A program made the translations under genes and the position numbers. Shown in pieces: positions 22,660-34,489 of a stretch of 64,000 nt of DNA (position 1 is the first letter of the stretch; each line of letters starts with the position of its first letter). The DNA comes from Acidobacteriota bacterium (lineage in GTDB: Bacteria; Acidobacteriota; UBA6911; RPQK01; CBDBID01), in contig CBDBID010000043.1 of NCBI GenBank assembly GCA_965205565.1, positions 9,580 through 73,579 of the forward strand, given 5' to 3'. Below the pieces are notes generated by a model, which saw only the letters and a program-made list of their open reading frames with translations, made no database searches and was not told the origin of the DNA.

Positions 22660-22811
22660 CGGGCTGCACCCGGTTAGCTCAGCGAGGCTCAGGTGAGTAT
22701 CGGCTGAGAAAATAGGATACGGAATCGAGAGAGCATGACTCGCCCCTGATTCTCAGGATTTCGGAAGGGGGTGGAGGGAATCCAAGCGGCCGTTTCGGGC
22801 GGCTCCAATTC

Positions 22812-23408
22812 TCAGGAAAAGGCGGTCCGGTTGTGCTCGTAGGCGCGGATTCTTTCTTCCTGCTGTAGGGTGAGCCCGATTTCATCCAGCCCCTCCAGCA
22901 GCGAGTGCCGGCGGAACTCTTCCACGCCAAAATCGTAATGGAGACCCGCCTCATCCGCGACGGACCTCGCTTCCAGGTCGACGCTCAGCTGGTAGCCTGC
23001 CTGCTTTTGGACCCGCTCGAAGAGGGTGTCGACCTCGGCCTCGCTCAGGCGCACCGGCAGGAGACCGTTCTTGAAGCAGTTGTTGTAGAAGATGTCGGCG
23101 AAGGAAGGGGCGATGATGGATCGAAATCCGTAGTCCAGCAGGGACCAGGCTGCGTGCTCCCGCGAGGAGCCACAGCCGAAGTTGGAGCGGGTCAGCAGGA
23201 TGCTGGCCCCCTGGTATCGTTCTTGATTGAGCTCGAAATTGGGGTCGGGAGACCCGTCGGGCTGCACCCGCCAGTCGTAGAAGAGAAACTGCCCGAAACC
23301 GGTGCGCTCGATACTTTTCAAGAATTGCTTGGGGATGATCTGATCGGTATCGACGCTGATCCGGTCCAGGGTGGCCACCAGGCCGCGATGTTTTCGAAAA
23401 GGTTGCAT
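22812..23408 (-). CDS. leuD: 3-isopropylmalate dehydratase small subunit
   Basis: [31 protein letters not shown]...[10 protein letters not shown] 23408 lies 7 nt after the leuC stop. Confidence 0.95.
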   Translation of the reverse strand: MQPFRKHRGLVATLDRISVDTDQIIPKQFLKSIERTGFGQFLFYDWRVQPDGSPDPNFELNQERYQGASILLTRSNFGCGSSREHAAWSLLDYGFRSIIAPSFADIFYNNCFKNGLLPVRLSEAEVDTLFERVQKQAGYQLSVDLEARSVADEAGLHYDFGVEEFRRHSLLEGLDEIGLTLQQEERIRAYEHNRTAFS

Positions 23409-23415
23409 GGATCGT

Positions 23416-24822
23416 TTACACCGGCGTCCACTCCCGGATGTCCACAAAGTGGCCGGTCACAGCGGCGGCCGCGGCCATGGCGGGGCTGACCAGATGGGTC
23501 CGACCTCCCCGACCCTGCCGGCCCTCGAAGTTGCGATTCGAGGTGGAGGCGCAGCGGTGACCGGGATCCAGAATGTCCGGGTTCATTCCCAGGCACATGC
23601 TGCAGCCGGATTCCCTCCACTCAAATCCGGCCTCTCGGAAAATCTCATCGAGACCTTCGGCCTCGGCTTGCCGTTTAACCTCCTGGGAGCCGGGAACCAC
23701 CAGAGCGCCCACACTGGCGGCCACTTTCCGGCCCCGTATGTAACGGGCAGCCAGGCGCAGATCCTCCAGGCGCGAGTTGGTGCAGGAGCCGATGAAGACG
23801 CGGTCCAGGCGAAGTTCCCGAATCGGAGTGCCGGGTTGCAGATCCATGTACTGAAGGGCGCGACTCAGGGCTTTGCGTGCGTTCTCGTCGGGTAGGTTGT
23901 CCGGACTCGGGATCTGCCCCGTCACGTCGGTCACCATCCCCGGATTGGTGCCCCAGCTCACCTGGGGAGCCAGGTTGGAGACATCGTGCTCGATGCGGCG
24001 ATCGAAAGAGGCATCTGGGTCGCTGGGCAGCGTCTTCCACAGCCCGACCGCGGTTTCGAAGTCGGGGCCCTGGGGAGCGAAGGGTCGGCTCTTTAGATAA
24101 GCGAAGGTCGTCTCATCGGGTGCGATCAAGCCGGATCGAGCACCGGCCTCGATTGACATGTTGCAGACCGTCATCCGCTCCTCCATGCTCATGGCGCGTA
24201 TGGCCGGGCCCCCATACTCCACCACCGATCCGGTGGCGCCGTCCGTGCCAATGGTACGGATGATGTAGAGGATGACGTCCTTGGCGCCCACCCCGGAGGG
24301 CAGCTTCCCCTCCAAATGGATCTGCAGGTTTCGGGGTTTGGGCTCTAGTAGACATTGCGTAGCCAGGACATGCTCCACCTCACTGGTGCCGATCCCGAAG
24401 GCCAGCGCGCCGAAGGCTCCGTGGGTGGAAGTGTGGCTGTCTCCGCAGACGATCGTCCGCCCCGGTTGGCTTAGGCCCAACTCGGGACCGATGACGTGAA
24501 CGATTCCCTGATGGGGGCTGTCTAGATCGTACAGGGTGACGCCGAACTCCCGGCAGTTCTTCTCGAGTGTATCGATCTGCTTGCGGGAAATGTCGTCCAC
24601 GATGGGTAGCGTGCGGTCGGTGGTGGGCACGTTGTGGTCCATGGTGGCGAAAGTCAGATCGGGCCGGCGGACCGGACGGCCGTTCAGGCGAAGACCTTCA
24701 AAGGCCTGGGCCGAGGTCACCTCGTGGACCAGGTGGCAGTCGATGTAGAGAAGTGCCGGTTGTCCGGGTTGCTGGTGGACGATATGGCGATCCCAGATCT
24801 TGTCGAAAAGCGTCTTAGCCAT
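23416..24822 (-). CDS. leuC: 3-isopropylmalate dehydratase large subunit
   Basis: [15 protein letters not shown]..., the aconitase-family Fe-S cysteines ([18 protein letters not shown]), 468 aa. Confidence 0.95.
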   Translation of the reverse strand: MAKTLFDKIWDRHIVHQQPGQPALLYIDCHLVHEVTSAQAFEGLRLNGRPVRRPDLTFATMDHNVPTTDRTLPIVDDISRKQIDTLEKNCREFGVTLYDLDSPHQGIVHVIGPELGLSQPGRTIVCGDSHTSTHGAFGALAFGIGTSEVEHVLATQCLLEPKPRNLQIHLEGKLPSGVGAKDVILYIIRTIGTDGATGSVVEYGGPAIRAMSMEERMTVCNMSIEAGARSGLIAPDETTFAYLKSRPFAPQGPDFETAVGLWKTLPSDPDASFDRRIEHDVSNLAPQVSWGTNPGMVTDVTGQIPSPDNLPDENARKALSRALQYMDLQPGTPIRELRLDRVFIGSCTNSRLEDLRLAARYIRGRKVAASVGALVVPGSQEVKRQAEAEGLDEIFREAGFEWRESGCSMCLGMNPDILDPGHRCASTSNRNFEGRQGRGGRTHLVSPAMAAAAAVTGHFVDIREWTPV

Positions 24823-25011
24823 GCGATGCTAGCGTGTAACGCAAAACACCCAGTTCGTAAAAGCTGGGCCCGTGCCATTTTCACTTGCCCAGAACGTTCC
24901 GGCCCCGCGAATCGGACCCATGGGTGTCGTCCAGGCGCCTGTGCTTCGACCTTCTGACTGTTTGGCAGGGGTTCTTGGGGCCGTTTCCCGGAGGAGCGCC
25001 ACCACCCGGGA

Positions 25012-26574
25012 TCAGGCCGAAGCCGCCTTGGAAGCGGACTCCGAGGCCTCCTTTCCCTGCTCTCGCCGCTTTTCGTGGATGGCTTTGTTGACGGCGTTCA
25101 GATAGGCGCGCGCACTGGCATCGATGATGTCCACACTGGCGGCCTTGCCGGTGTAGCTCTTGCCGTTGAACCGGACGTGAAGGAAGACTTCTCCCAGTGC
25201 GTCCTTGCCTCGGGAAACGGCACTGATGCTGTAGTCCAGCAGCTGACCCTTCATCCCGGTCACGCCGTCGATGGCCTTGTAACAGGCATCGACGGGGCCG
25301 TCCCCATAGGCGGACTCGGCGAAGCTTTCCTCCCCCTTCTCCAGTTTGACAACCGCCGAGGAGAGCTCCTGGTTGCCCCCGGTCGACTGGATGTATTTCA
25401 AACGGTAGGTGTCGGGGATGATCTTGATCCCGTCCTGGATGATGGCGACTAGATCCTGGTCGTAGATCGCCTTTTTCTGGTCGGCCAACTTGGTGAAAAA
25501 GAAGTAGGCGCGTTCCAGCTCTTCGGGCGCCACCTCGTAGCCCAGTTCCTCGTACTTCTTGCGCAAGGCATGGCGGCCGCTGTGTTTACCCATCACCAGG
25601 GTGCTGCTGCGCATCCCCACCGACTGGGGGGTCATGATTTCATAGGTGAGAGCGTTCTTGAGCATGCCGTCCTGGTGGATGCCTGCCTCGTGGGCAAACG
25701 CGTTCTTTCCGACGATGGCTTTGTTAGCCTGCACGAACATGCCCGTCAGGTTGCTCAACAGCCGGCTGGCTGGCTGGATCTCCTCGCTGACGATGTCCGT
25801 ATAATAGGGAAGCGCATCCTTGCGGGTTTGCAGCGCCATCACCACCTCTTCCATGGAGGCGTTTCCGGCCCTCTCTCCGATCCCGTTGACGGTGCACTCC
25901 ACTTGCCGGCACCCACTCTCCACTCCGACCAGTGAATTGGCAGTGGCCAACCCGAGATCGTCGTGGCAATGGCAGCTGAAGATGGCCTGATCCCCGCTCG
26001 GGATCTTGGCCAGCAGCTTGTTGACGAAGGGACCAAATGCGGAGGGGACGGCATACCCCACGGTGTCGGGAATGTTGATCACCCGGGCGCCGTGCTGGAT
26101 GGCGGTCTCGAAGACCTCGGCCAGGAAATCCAGATCGGAACGGGTGGCGTCCTCGGCCGAGAACTCCACATCCTCGCAGAGATCGCGCGCCAGTTTCACC
26201 GATTCCACCACTCGCGCCAGCACTTTTTTCCGAGTCATCCGGAGCTTGAACTGCAGGTGGATGTCCGAGGTGGCAATAAAGGTGTGGATGCACGGCTTTT
26301 CGGCGTCCTTGACGGCCTCCCAGGCTCGCTCGATGTCCAGGTGGTGGGCCCGCGCCAGGCCGGCGATCGTGGGTTTTCGAATCTGACGGGAAATGGCTTG
26401 AACCGCTAGGAAGTCTCCTTCGGAGGCGATCGGGAAGCCGGCTTCTATGATGTCGACGTTCAGACGCTCCAATTGACGCGCCATTTTCATCTTTTCCTCG
26501 AGATTCATGGAACAGCCGGGTGACTGCTCTCCATCTCGCAGGGTCGTGTCAAAAATCCTGATTTTGTCGGGCAT
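25012..26574 (-). CDS. leuA: 2-isopropylmalate synthase
   Basis: [27 protein letters not shown], and a C-terminal LeuA dimerisation/regulatory domain. 520 aa. AGGAGG lies upstream of the ATG. Confidence 0.95.
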   Translation of the reverse strand: MPDKIRIFDTTLRDGEQSPGCSMNLEEKMKMARQLERLNVDIIEAGFPIASEGDFLAVQAISRQIRKPTIAGLARAHHLDIERAWEAVKDAEKPCIHTFIATSDIHLQFKLRMTRKKVLARVVESVKLARDLCEDVEFSAEDATRSDLDFLAEVFETAIQHGARVINIPDTVGYAVPSAFGPFVNKLLAKIPSGDQAIFSCHCHDDLGLATANSLVGVESGCRQVECTVNGIGERAGNASMEEVVMALQTRKDALPYYTDIVSEEIQPASRLLSNLTGMFVQANKAIVGKNAFAHEAGIHQDGMLKNALTYEIMTPQSVGMRSSTLVMGKHSGRHALRKKYEELGYEVAPEELERAYFFFTKLADQKKAIYDQDLVAIIQDGIKIIPDTYRLKYIQSTGGNQELSSAVVKLEKGEESFAESAYGDGPVDACYKAIDGVTGMKGQLLDYSISAVSRGKDALGEVFLHVRFNGKSYTGKAASVDIIDASARAYLNAVNKAIHEKRREQGKEASESASKAASA

Positions 26575-26770
26575 ACACTCCCCTCCTGAGGCAAACTTAC
26601 CCAGTTGACGATATCAAACCGGCCAGGTTCGAGTCAATGGGAGGTGTGAAGCTACGATTGCGGATCCGATCTGTGTCCCCTGCTGGTATGGGCATCCCTG
26701 CCTGTGATCCTGGAAAACTGAAAAGAGGCAGTTCATAAGTAGTTCACCAAAAGAGTTCCAAACAGGTATC

Positions 26771-27647
26771 ATGCCTTCGTCGCCCGGGAAGCCGATGATG
26801 AATGTCAGTTACAGCACGGTGGGTTTTCGCGATCGAAACATCGAGGCCGCTCTGGAGGCTGTGGCTGCGGCCGGTTTGTCGCAAGTGGAGATCCTGGGCC
26901 AGGAGCCCCATCTGGCAGCGCCTCCGACCGGACGGGCCTTGGCGGATTTCCGGTCCCGGCTGGACAAACTGGGACTGCGAGCCAGCAGCCTGCACGCACC
27001 TTTGACTCGCAACGTGCTGGGTGCCCCCGAAGAAGATTGGAGAAAAGAGGTGCTCGAAGTACTTCGTAGCTTCTTGCGCCTGGCGGGAGCCCTGGATGCC
27101 GGCGAGGTGGTGATCCATCCGGTCCCCAATCCCATCTTCGTTCCCAACCCCGAAGATCCTTCCGTCCCCGGATTCATCCGGGAGGCGGTGACGCGCTCCC
27201 TGGATGATCTGATGCCGACCTGTCAGGAGGCGGGGGTGTGCATCACGCTGGAGAACCTACCCCTATCATTGCGAGTATCCCCTGCTGACGATGCAGGATC
27301 TGCGACCTCTGGTCGATGCCTACCCCGAGCAATGGCTTGGTCTGGCCATCGATACGGGACACGCCTGGACCAACGGCCGGGACCCCGCGCAGGAGATCCG
27401 GATTGCCGGCAGCCGCCTGCGGGGGACCCATTTACAGGACGTGGATTACGAGCAGCCCGACGACAACCACTGGCTGCCCACTCATGGGGGGTTGGACTGG
27501 GACGCCATTTGCCAGGCGCTGCGGGAGGTGGACTATCCGGGTCCCTGGACCTTCGAGGTGTACAATCCCCGCCACGGCGAGTCTCCCGAAGAACTGGCTC
27601 GACTATGCGGGGGGTTAGGGGAGCGCTGGGGATCGAATGGAAGGTAG
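26771..27647 (+). pseudogene. sugar phosphate isomerase/epimerase (xylose-isomerase-like TIM barrel), frameshifted as sequenced
   Basis: The N-terminal part is in the frame of 26771 up to ...GVCITLENLP. The rest (YHCEYPLLTMQDLRPLVDAYPEQWLGLAIDTGHAW...PWTFEVYNP) is in the frame of ORF 27291-27647. Confidence 0.7.
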
Positions 27648-27747
27648 GCCGGGCCAACCTTCCCCATGAGCCGGCGCCAGGCCTTTCGCCTGCTAGGATC
27701 GGTTCCCGCTGGTCTAGCTCCCCACAAGCGGAGCGAGTCATGCTGAG

Positions 27748-28878
27748 CTAGCCGACCACCTTGAGCTCTCGTCCGCCCCTACTCACCAGCTCGCCGCCGG
27801 ACGGAGTGATGAAGACCATGTCTTCAATCTTGACGTCTCCCACCTCAGGATGCAGAAACTCGGTCTCCAGAGCCAGCACCATTCCGGCCTGCAGCGGAGC
27901 CTCATTTCCCGGGTGGATTTCAGGCAGCTCGTGGGAAACCAGGCCAATGCCGTGGGCCTCAAAATGGGCATACTGGGCAAAAGGGGTCCGCGCCGGAAGC
28001 GAGTGTCCCAATTGGTGAAGCTCTCGGCAGCACATGCCTGGCTGCAGACGGGAAATCAGATCGTCTTGAATCTGGCGGCAGGCGTCGGTCAATTCGATCG
28101 CCAGGCGGCTGGGCTCGCCCAGGCACGCCATGCGTGAAAGATCCGCCAGGTAATCCAGCTCGGCGCCTCCGCAATCCAGACGGAGCACTTCGCCCGGGCT
28201 CCATTTGGCGGAGGAAGGGGCTCGCTGGCGAACACCCTCTGGACCGACGGCCGTGATGGCCCATTGCAGCACCACACCTCGCGCGGCCATCTCCGCTTGG
28301 ATTCTCTCCGCCATTTCTTGGGTGGTCACGCCGGGTCGGGCGGATTGAAAGGAGGCGTCGATGGCGGCTTCGGTTCGCTCAGTAACCCGGGCCAGCAGGT
28401 CCAGTTCGGAGGCGGTTTTGAGCGCTCTCAACTGACCGAGCAGGGGAGTCGCATCCACAAATTCGGTTCCCGGAAGCTCTTGGGCCAGACTTTGGAAGGC
28501 GTCAGCGGGCAGAAAAGGGGATTCGATGCCGATGCGACCGGCGCCCAAACCCAGCTGCAAGATTCTCCGGCTCGTCTCCCGGGCCGCGGATCGGGTCCCT
28601 CGAGTCACGCGCAAGCAATGGGGAATCCAGAGGGGCTGGTCTTTGTGAACGAAGGTCTCTTCCGACCGGCCCACCAGGAAGCTGTCCTGGAGATTCCCAC
28701 GCGGCAGCCCCAGCAGGGGCAGGTAGCGGCTGGTGGCGAAGCGCGTTGGCCCCTGATGGAAATGATCGAAATACCCTCCGGTCAGGTAGCGGATGTTGTG
28801 GCGGGTGTTGACCAGCAGGAGGTCTAGATTCTCCTCTTGCATCATCCGCGTGAGCTTGTCTGCGTCGAAGGGAGGCAT
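27748..28878 (-). CDS. M24 family metallopeptidase (Xaa-Pro aminopeptidase/creatinase-like)
   Basis: Creatinase/prolidase-type N-domain (EENLDLLLVNTRHNIRYLTGG) plus a pita-bread C-domain (HGIGLVSHELP, ALETEF). Stop codon is TAG. Confidence 0.8.
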   Translation of the reverse strand: MPPFDADKLTRMMQEENLDLLLVNTRHNIRYLTGGYFDHFHQGPTRFATSRYLPLLGLPRGNLQDSFLVGRSEETFVHKDQPLWIPHCLRVTRGTRSAARETSRRILQLGLGAGRIGIESPFLPADAFQSLAQELPGTEFVDATPLLGQLRALKTASELDLLARVTERTEAAIDASFQSARPGVTTQEMAERIQAEMAARGVVLQWAITAVGPEGVRQRAPSSAKWSPGEVLRLDCGGAELDYLADLSRMACLGEPSRLAIELTDACRQIQDDLISRLQPGMCCRELHQLGHSLPARTPFAQYAHFEAHGIGLVSHELPEIHPGNEAPLQAGMVLALETEFLHPEVGDVKIEDMVFITPSGGELVSRGGRELKVVG

Positions 28879-29059
28879 TTGTTTCCAGTCTCCTTGCGAA
28901 AGCGCTCAGGGGCGAAGCTTTTGGCATCGCTTCAACGGTTCGGATAGAATACTCCCCCAAGACGGACATCGGCAATGGACCTACCGGGGACGTGAGAAAC
29001 GGCCCCCTTCTAACGGATCGGCGGAATCTGATTCCGGAACCGGTCGGGGAGTTTCGATT

Positions 29060-29935
29060 ATGAAATTCGGCATGCACCATTGGATGCGGGCAGAGCCCCT
29101 GGAAACGACCATGGAGCGTCTGCATCGGCTCGGCTACGACGGAATCGAAATCAGTGGCGAACCGACGCAACACGACACCGATTGGTTACGCAAGCTGTTG
29201 GATCGCTACGAGTTGGAATGCTGGGGATCGCACAGCATCATGACCCCAGGACGGGATCTGGTTCATGAGGACCGGTACGTCCGGCTGGGTACAGTGGCCT
29301 ACATGAAGGATTGTGTCAGCATGGTCAGCCGGCTGAAGGGTTCCGTTTTCTGCATCTTTCCCACCGAATGCGGCCGTCTTAGCCGTAACTCGACACCCGA
29401 GCAGGAGTGGCAATGGGCCGTCGAAGGCATCCGTGAGATCGTGGATCACGCCCAAGGTTTGGGCGTACGGGTGGGGATCGAAGCGCTGAATCGTTTCGAG
29501 ACTCATTTCGTGAACCGCCACGATCAGGCCCTGGCTCTGGCCGACGAGGTGGGTCCCGAAGCGGGCGTTGTCCTGGATGCTTTCCACATGAATATCGAGG
29601 AAACCGATCCGGTGCAGGCCATTCGCAATGTCGGGTCTCGGCTGGTGGACTTCCACGTCGCGGACAGCAATCGGCGACCCGCCGGAGAGGGAAGGACGGA
29701 CTGGAAAGCCCTCCTCGAGGCGCTCCGATCGGTGGGGTATGACGATTACCTGACCCAGGAATTCGTGAACCCGGTGGATCGAACTCCCCTGCGAAGCGGC
29801 CAGCTGGAAGACTCCGAAGGCACCTCCGCCACCTTGCTGAAGTTCCTCGAAGATCACGGCTCCGGCGTGGTGGGTCCCAAAGAGTACGATCGGGCCGTCG
29901 AAAAGTCGATCACCTACCTGAAGGCGCTCCTGTAG
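29060..29935 (+). CDS. sugar epimerase/isomerase, D-tagatose/D-psicose 3-epimerase-like TIM barrel
   Basis: MKFGMHHW..., GIEALNRFETHFVN, LDAFHMNIEE, FHVADSNRRPAGEG, DDYLTQEF. The ORF opens at 28793; I chose ATG 29060. Confidence 0.8.
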   Translation: MKFGMHHWMRAEPLETTMERLHRLGYDGIEISGEPTQHDTDWLRKLLDRYELECWGSHSIMTPGRDLVHEDRYVRLGTVAYMKDCVSMVSRLKGSVFCIFPTECGRLSRNSTPEQEWQWAVEGIREIVDHAQGLGVRVGIEALNRFETHFVNRHDQALALADEVGPEAGVVLDAFHMNIEETDPVQAIRNVGSRLVDFHVADSNRRPAGEGRTDWKALLEALRSVGYDDYLTQEFVNPVDRTPLRSGQLEDSEGTSATLLKFLEDHGSGVVGPKEYDRAVEKSITYLKALL

Positions 29936-29999
29936 AGCAAAAGAACGACTCGAACGGGAATGGACTCGCAGATCCAGGTCCGCCTGGAAGGGAATCCAC

Positions 30000-30887
30000 T
30001 TACGGGTACAACAGCCACCCCTGGAGATGGGTGCGGGTGCAGAACAGCCGGCCGCACACAGAAGTCACATACAGGGTCTGAAGATCGCCGGCCCAGGAGC
30101 AGTTAGTGGGGCGCTCGCAGGGGAGCGGATGTGTCTCCAGCACCCGGCCGGCGGGCGTGAAAACATAGATCATTCCGCCGGGGCCGCTCTTCTCCCAGCC
30201 CGCCGTGGCCACGATGTTGCCGTTCACATCCAGACACATTCCGTCGATGCCACGGTGTGGATAGAAGTTGTGGAGCACCTCGTACTGGCCCAACGATCCA
30301 TCTGCTTGAATGGGATAGCTGCGCAACTCCCGGTCTCCGTCATAGTTACTTTGCGCTACATAGAGGGTCTTCTGATCGACGGAGACGAGAATACCGTTGG
30401 GTTTGGTGGTGTCGTAGGTGGCTCGGTGAATCGACCAGCCGTCATTAGGCTCCGGGTCGATCCGATAGACCGAGTTGTGATCCAACTGGGGCTCGCCGAT
30501 TAGCTCGGTCCAGGGCTTTCCGTAGACCGGATCGGTAAACCAGATGCGCCCCCTGGCGTCGATGGCCAGGTCGTTGGGACTGTTCAACCGCTTGCCCTCG
30601 AAGGAGTCGGCGATCACCTCGCGGCTGCCGTCCGGGTCGTAGCGGGCAATGCATCGGCCTCCGGCCTCGCAGGCGTACAGCTGGCCGTTCTTGTCGAACA
30701 TGAGCCCGTTGGCGTGATGGGTTTCGCTCCGGTAAACCTTAATCTCACCCGTCTGCGGGTGATAACGCAGGATGCGGCTGCCCGGGATGTGGGTGAAGAG
30801 CAAGGCCTCTCCATCCCAAGCCGGACCTTCCGTCAGTTCGTAGGGCCCCGCCAGCTCCGTGAACTCCCATTCTGGTCTGATCGTCAT
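30000..30887 (-). CDS. SMP-30/gluconolactonase/LRE family lactonase
   Basis: LTEGPAWDGEALLFTHIPGSRILRY, ANGLMFDKNGQLYACE, LNSPNDLAIDARGRIWFTDP. Six-bladed propeller pattern, 295 aa. Confidence 0.85.
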   Translation of the reverse strand: MTIRPEWEFTELAGPYELTEGPAWDGEALLFTHIPGSRILRYHPQTGEIKVYRSETHHANGLMFDKNGQLYACEAGGRCIARYDPDGSREVIADSFEGKRLNSPNDLAIDARGRIWFTDPVYGKPWTELIGEPQLDHNSVYRIDPEPNDGWSIHRATYDTTKPNGILVSVDQKTLYVAQSNYDGDRELRSYPIQADGSLGQYEVLHNFYPHRGIDGMCLDVNGNIVATAGWEKSGPGGMIYVFTPAGRVLETHPLPCERPTNCSWAGDLQTLYVTSVCGRLFCTRTHLQGWLLYP

Positions 30888-31088
30888 GGTATCTCCCCGT
30901 CACGTCTTCGTTGCTTGTTGATGGCTCCAGCTTATACTGCCCTTAGCCGCCTGGAATCAAGTGGGGCTGGATTGAGCGGCCGTGGAGGCGTGCGAATCTC
31001 AAACCCGGGCAGTGGACGACTCATTGTGCTCCGCTAAGAAAACGGGTTAGAGTCTCTTTTTCAAGTAGCCGGCTCGAGGATCAGATCG

Positions 31089-32599
31089 ATGGACCATATC
31101 TTGGAAAGCTACGCCACTCCCTGGAGCGTCCAGGCGGGGAATGAGCTGCAGCTGCATGTCTCTACCGACGTCCGTCGCTACTCGGTTGAAATCGCCAGGT
31201 TGGGCTGGCGTCGAGAACCGGTCTGGCACCGGGAAGACCTCCCGGGAAAGAGACATCCAGCCCCGAAAGACGCCTCTATGCGTGGCTGTGGATGGCCAGC
31301 GGACCTCTTCCGTGACCGTTGCCCAGGGACTGGAAGTCGGGCTATTACGATGTGTTGCTGAGCGCCTCCGCCGCCGATGGAGATCGGGTCCGGAGCCACG
31401 CTTTTTTCGTGGTTCGTCCTTCCCAACCGGGCAGGAACGCTAACATCCTGTTGCAACTGAGCACCAACACCTCCAACGCCTACAATCGCTGGGGAGGCGC
31501 CAGTTTCTATCGGGGACCGGATGGGCCGGCCCGGCGGCTCTCCTTCGAACGTCCATACGCCGGGCTGCCGGGAGTGGAGATCCCTCGCTTTTTCAGCTTG
31601 GAGGAAAAAATGGAGGAAGATCTGACTCCCGGCCCCCTGAGCACCCGCCTCAGGGCACGTTTTGAGGAACTGGTGGCCGAACATGGGGTTCCCGGCATCC
31701 GGCTTTCGCCTAGAGCTGAAGTGGGAGTGGACGATCCGGGTCGCCGCTGGAGGATCATCGATCTGCTGGGCCCGGGACCGGCCAATTGCATCATCCAGAA
31801 GAGGAAGGACCGCCTGGACGTTCACGATGGAACGACGGCTTGGGAATGCGGTTGGCTCAAATGGCGGCACCCTTTCGTCGCTTGGGCCGAGCGGGAGGGA
31901 TACCAGATCGATTTTGCTAGCAACGCCGACCTGGAATTCCAGCCCGAGATTCTGCAGCCTTACCGGCTGGTCCTGAGCGTGGGGCACGACGAATACTGGT
32001 CCTCACCGATGCGTGATCACCTGGAGGCCGTCATCGAGAATGGCGGCAACGTAGCTTTCTTCAGTGGCAACACCGCCTACTGGCAGGTCCGGACCGAAGC
32101 CGGTGGGCACAGTCTGGTGTGCTGGAAAGATCAGTTCCCCCAGGACCCGGTCTGCGGGACGGGTGACCATCGGCTGCTCACCACCCTCTGGTGTCACCAT
32201 CTGATCGGAAGGCCCGAGAATCAGCTGACCGGCGTTAGCTTTTCCCATGGAGGATATGCCCGTTATTTCGATCAATTTCCGGACGGGAACGGTGCCTTCA
32301 CGATCCATCAACCGGAGCACTGGATTTTCGAAGGGACGGGTCTAAGAAGGGGAGACCTGCTGGGCGCCAACCACCGGATCGTCACCTATGAGTGCGACGG
32401 CTGCGAGCTGCATTGGGAGGATGGAGTTCCGCGCCCCACCTATCAGGACGGCACACCGGAGACCTTCCAGGCGATAGCGACCGCCCCGGCCGGATTGACT
32501 GACTTTGACGGATCCCTGGCCATGATCAGCGAGGCGCTCTACGGTCAGGGATCGGGTAGACAAGTGGCTCAACCGGGTGCCGCATCTGTAACTTGTTAA
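31089..32599 (+). pseudogene. N,N-dimethylformamidase large-subunit-like domain protein, disrupted near the N-terminus (and possibly C-terminally short)
   Basis: N-terminal piece YATPWSVQAGNELQLHVSTDVRRYSVEIARLGW is in ORF 31089-31361. The continuation DWKSGYYDV...LLQLSTNTSNAYNRWGGASFY...VGHDEYWSSPMRDHLEAVIENGGNVAFFSGNTAYWQVR is in another frame (31319-32599). Confidence 0.55.
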
Positions 32600-32828
32600 T
32601 GATACAGTAGTTCCTATTGAACTCTTACGATTTCAGCTCTGATCTCCGCACCACCGGGAGGTGCTCAGGAGGCCTTTTGCGACACCCCCGTCAGGAAGCG
32701 GCGGGAAACTGCCCACTTCACGGGACGCCGGAAAGGGGTCTTTTGAAGAGTGGTAACTGCAGCAAGGTCTTTGCCGGGCTGGCAAGAAACGAAGAGAATG
32801 ATCCACACATTTTCTGATTGAGGAGTAC

Positions 32829-34179
32829 ATGAGACTAGCACTGGAAGGCGGCCCACCGGCGGTAGCTCCCGACCTGTTGACTCACGACTGGGAGCGTTAC
32901 CGCAAGGCCGATGACGAAGAAGTTGAAGCGGTCAGTGAGGTGCTTCGAAGCGGGCACCTGAGCATCGCCATGCCGGTGGGGATGCCCCAGGCGGACGCAC
33001 TGGAGGAGGAATTCGCTAGCTGGCTGGGCGCCAATCACCGCCTGGTGGTCAACAGCGGCACGGCCGCCCTGCACTGCGCGGTGGCCGTCGCGGGAGTCGA
33101 GGCGGGTGATCAGGTCATCGTCCCGGCCATCACCTTCGTGGCTTCCGCCATGGCGGTGCTGCACCACAATGCCATCCCGGTCTTCGCCGACGTCGATCCT
33201 CTGACCCATCTGATCGATCCGGCCGCGGTTGAAGCCCTGATCACCGATAAAACGAAAGCCATCATGGTGGTTCACCTGTACGGTCTGGCCGCCGACATGG
33301 ATGAGATTCTTCAGCTGGCAAAGCGCCACAACCTCGGGGTGATCGAAGATTGTGCGCAGGCCTACGGCACCCAGTACCGGGGACGCAAAGTGGGGACGCT
33401 GGGGAGACGCTGCCGGGTTCGCCATGACCACCACGAAGCAGCTCATGGTCGGAGAAGGCGGACTCTTCACCACCAATGATCCGGAGGTACACGAGCGGGC
33501 GTCCATGATCCGGCTCTTTGGCGAACGGGGGACCGACATGAAGTCTCCGGACCGGGAGTATATGTCACGCATCGTGGGCTGGAATTACAAACTGCCGGAA
33601 GTCAACTCGGCTCTAGCTCGGGTTCGTCTGCGCCGATTGGACGAATCCCTGGTGGGTTACCAGCGAAACGCTCGATACTTGACCGACAAACTGAAGGGAT
33701 TGAAGGGCTTGATCCTTCCCCTGGAGCCGGATGACGGCACCCACACCTACTATCACTACATGGTGCACGTGGACCCGGTCACTCTGGGTCTGGAGGTGGA
33801 ACCAGGCAAGCTACGCAACGCCATGCTGCGGGCCTTGAAGGCTGAAAACATGGATGCCATGCTCTGGCAAAAAGTTCCGGTTCCGGCTCAGCCGCTGTTT
33901 CAGCAAAAGACCGGCTACGGAAAGGGCAGTCCCTGGAACAGCCAGGGAGGGGACGTCTCCTACGAACTGGACCAGTATCCCCAGTCCTTCCAGTGGCTGG
34001 AACAGGCCTTCGCCCTGCGCCGGTTGATACCTCCCAATGACACACCCCTGCTGGATGCCTATGCCCATGCCTTCGAGAAGGTGTTCTCCCAGATCGACCG
34101 GGTGTTGGCGTCCTACGAGGAGGCCGAAGAATACCAGCCCTTGGCAGCCCGAATAGAGGCGCTGAAGGAGAGTGCGTAG
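32829..34179 (+). pseudogene. DegT/DnrJ/EryC1/StrS-family PLP aminotransferase, frameshifted as sequenced
   Basis: The 5' part ends at ...GRKVGTLG in the frame of 32829. GDAAGFAMTTTKQLMVGEGGLFTT (PLP-lysine region) continues in the frame of ORF 33352-34179. Confidence 0.8.
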
Positions 34180-34489
34180 GCAGGATGCGGGATGAGCCTT
34201 CCGTAGAATGGGAACTGCAAACAGAGCCGCGCCCAGAGGAAGTGGCGGGGAACTGCCTGGATCGCCGGATGCCAGAGTGCAGGGTCTCCTGCGGAGTCGC
34301 AACTGCGGCAAAATTCTTTCGGAGGCGAGTACCCCTCTCTTATCGCCTGGCTCCCTTACGGGGGTGTTGTAAAGTTGATGGGCAGATTTTGCTGGAGGGT
34401 TCGGGTGGGTGGAGAAAAGAGGTTCCAGGATTTGAGATTTCGGCTCTGCATCGCCAGCGGAAACCAAACAGGCAGCGACAGAACAAGCG

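Noticed and set aside
26620-26640. GGTTCGAGTC, a T-loop-like sequence that might indicate a tRNA. A similar GGTTCGAATC occurs at about 13447.
   Set aside because: The flanks do not form a T-stem or an acceptor stem, and the second site lies inside a coding region. I could not fold a cloverleaf at either location.
26575-26770. Divergent leuA / TIM-barrel spacer examined for a leucine leader peptide/attenuator, a T-box and sigma-70 boxes. TTGACT and TTGACG are present on opposite strands around a GATATC palindrome.
   Set aside because: There is no Leu-rich mini-ORF and no terminator/antiterminator pair. The candidate -10 hexamers are poor, so I do not annotate a promoter.
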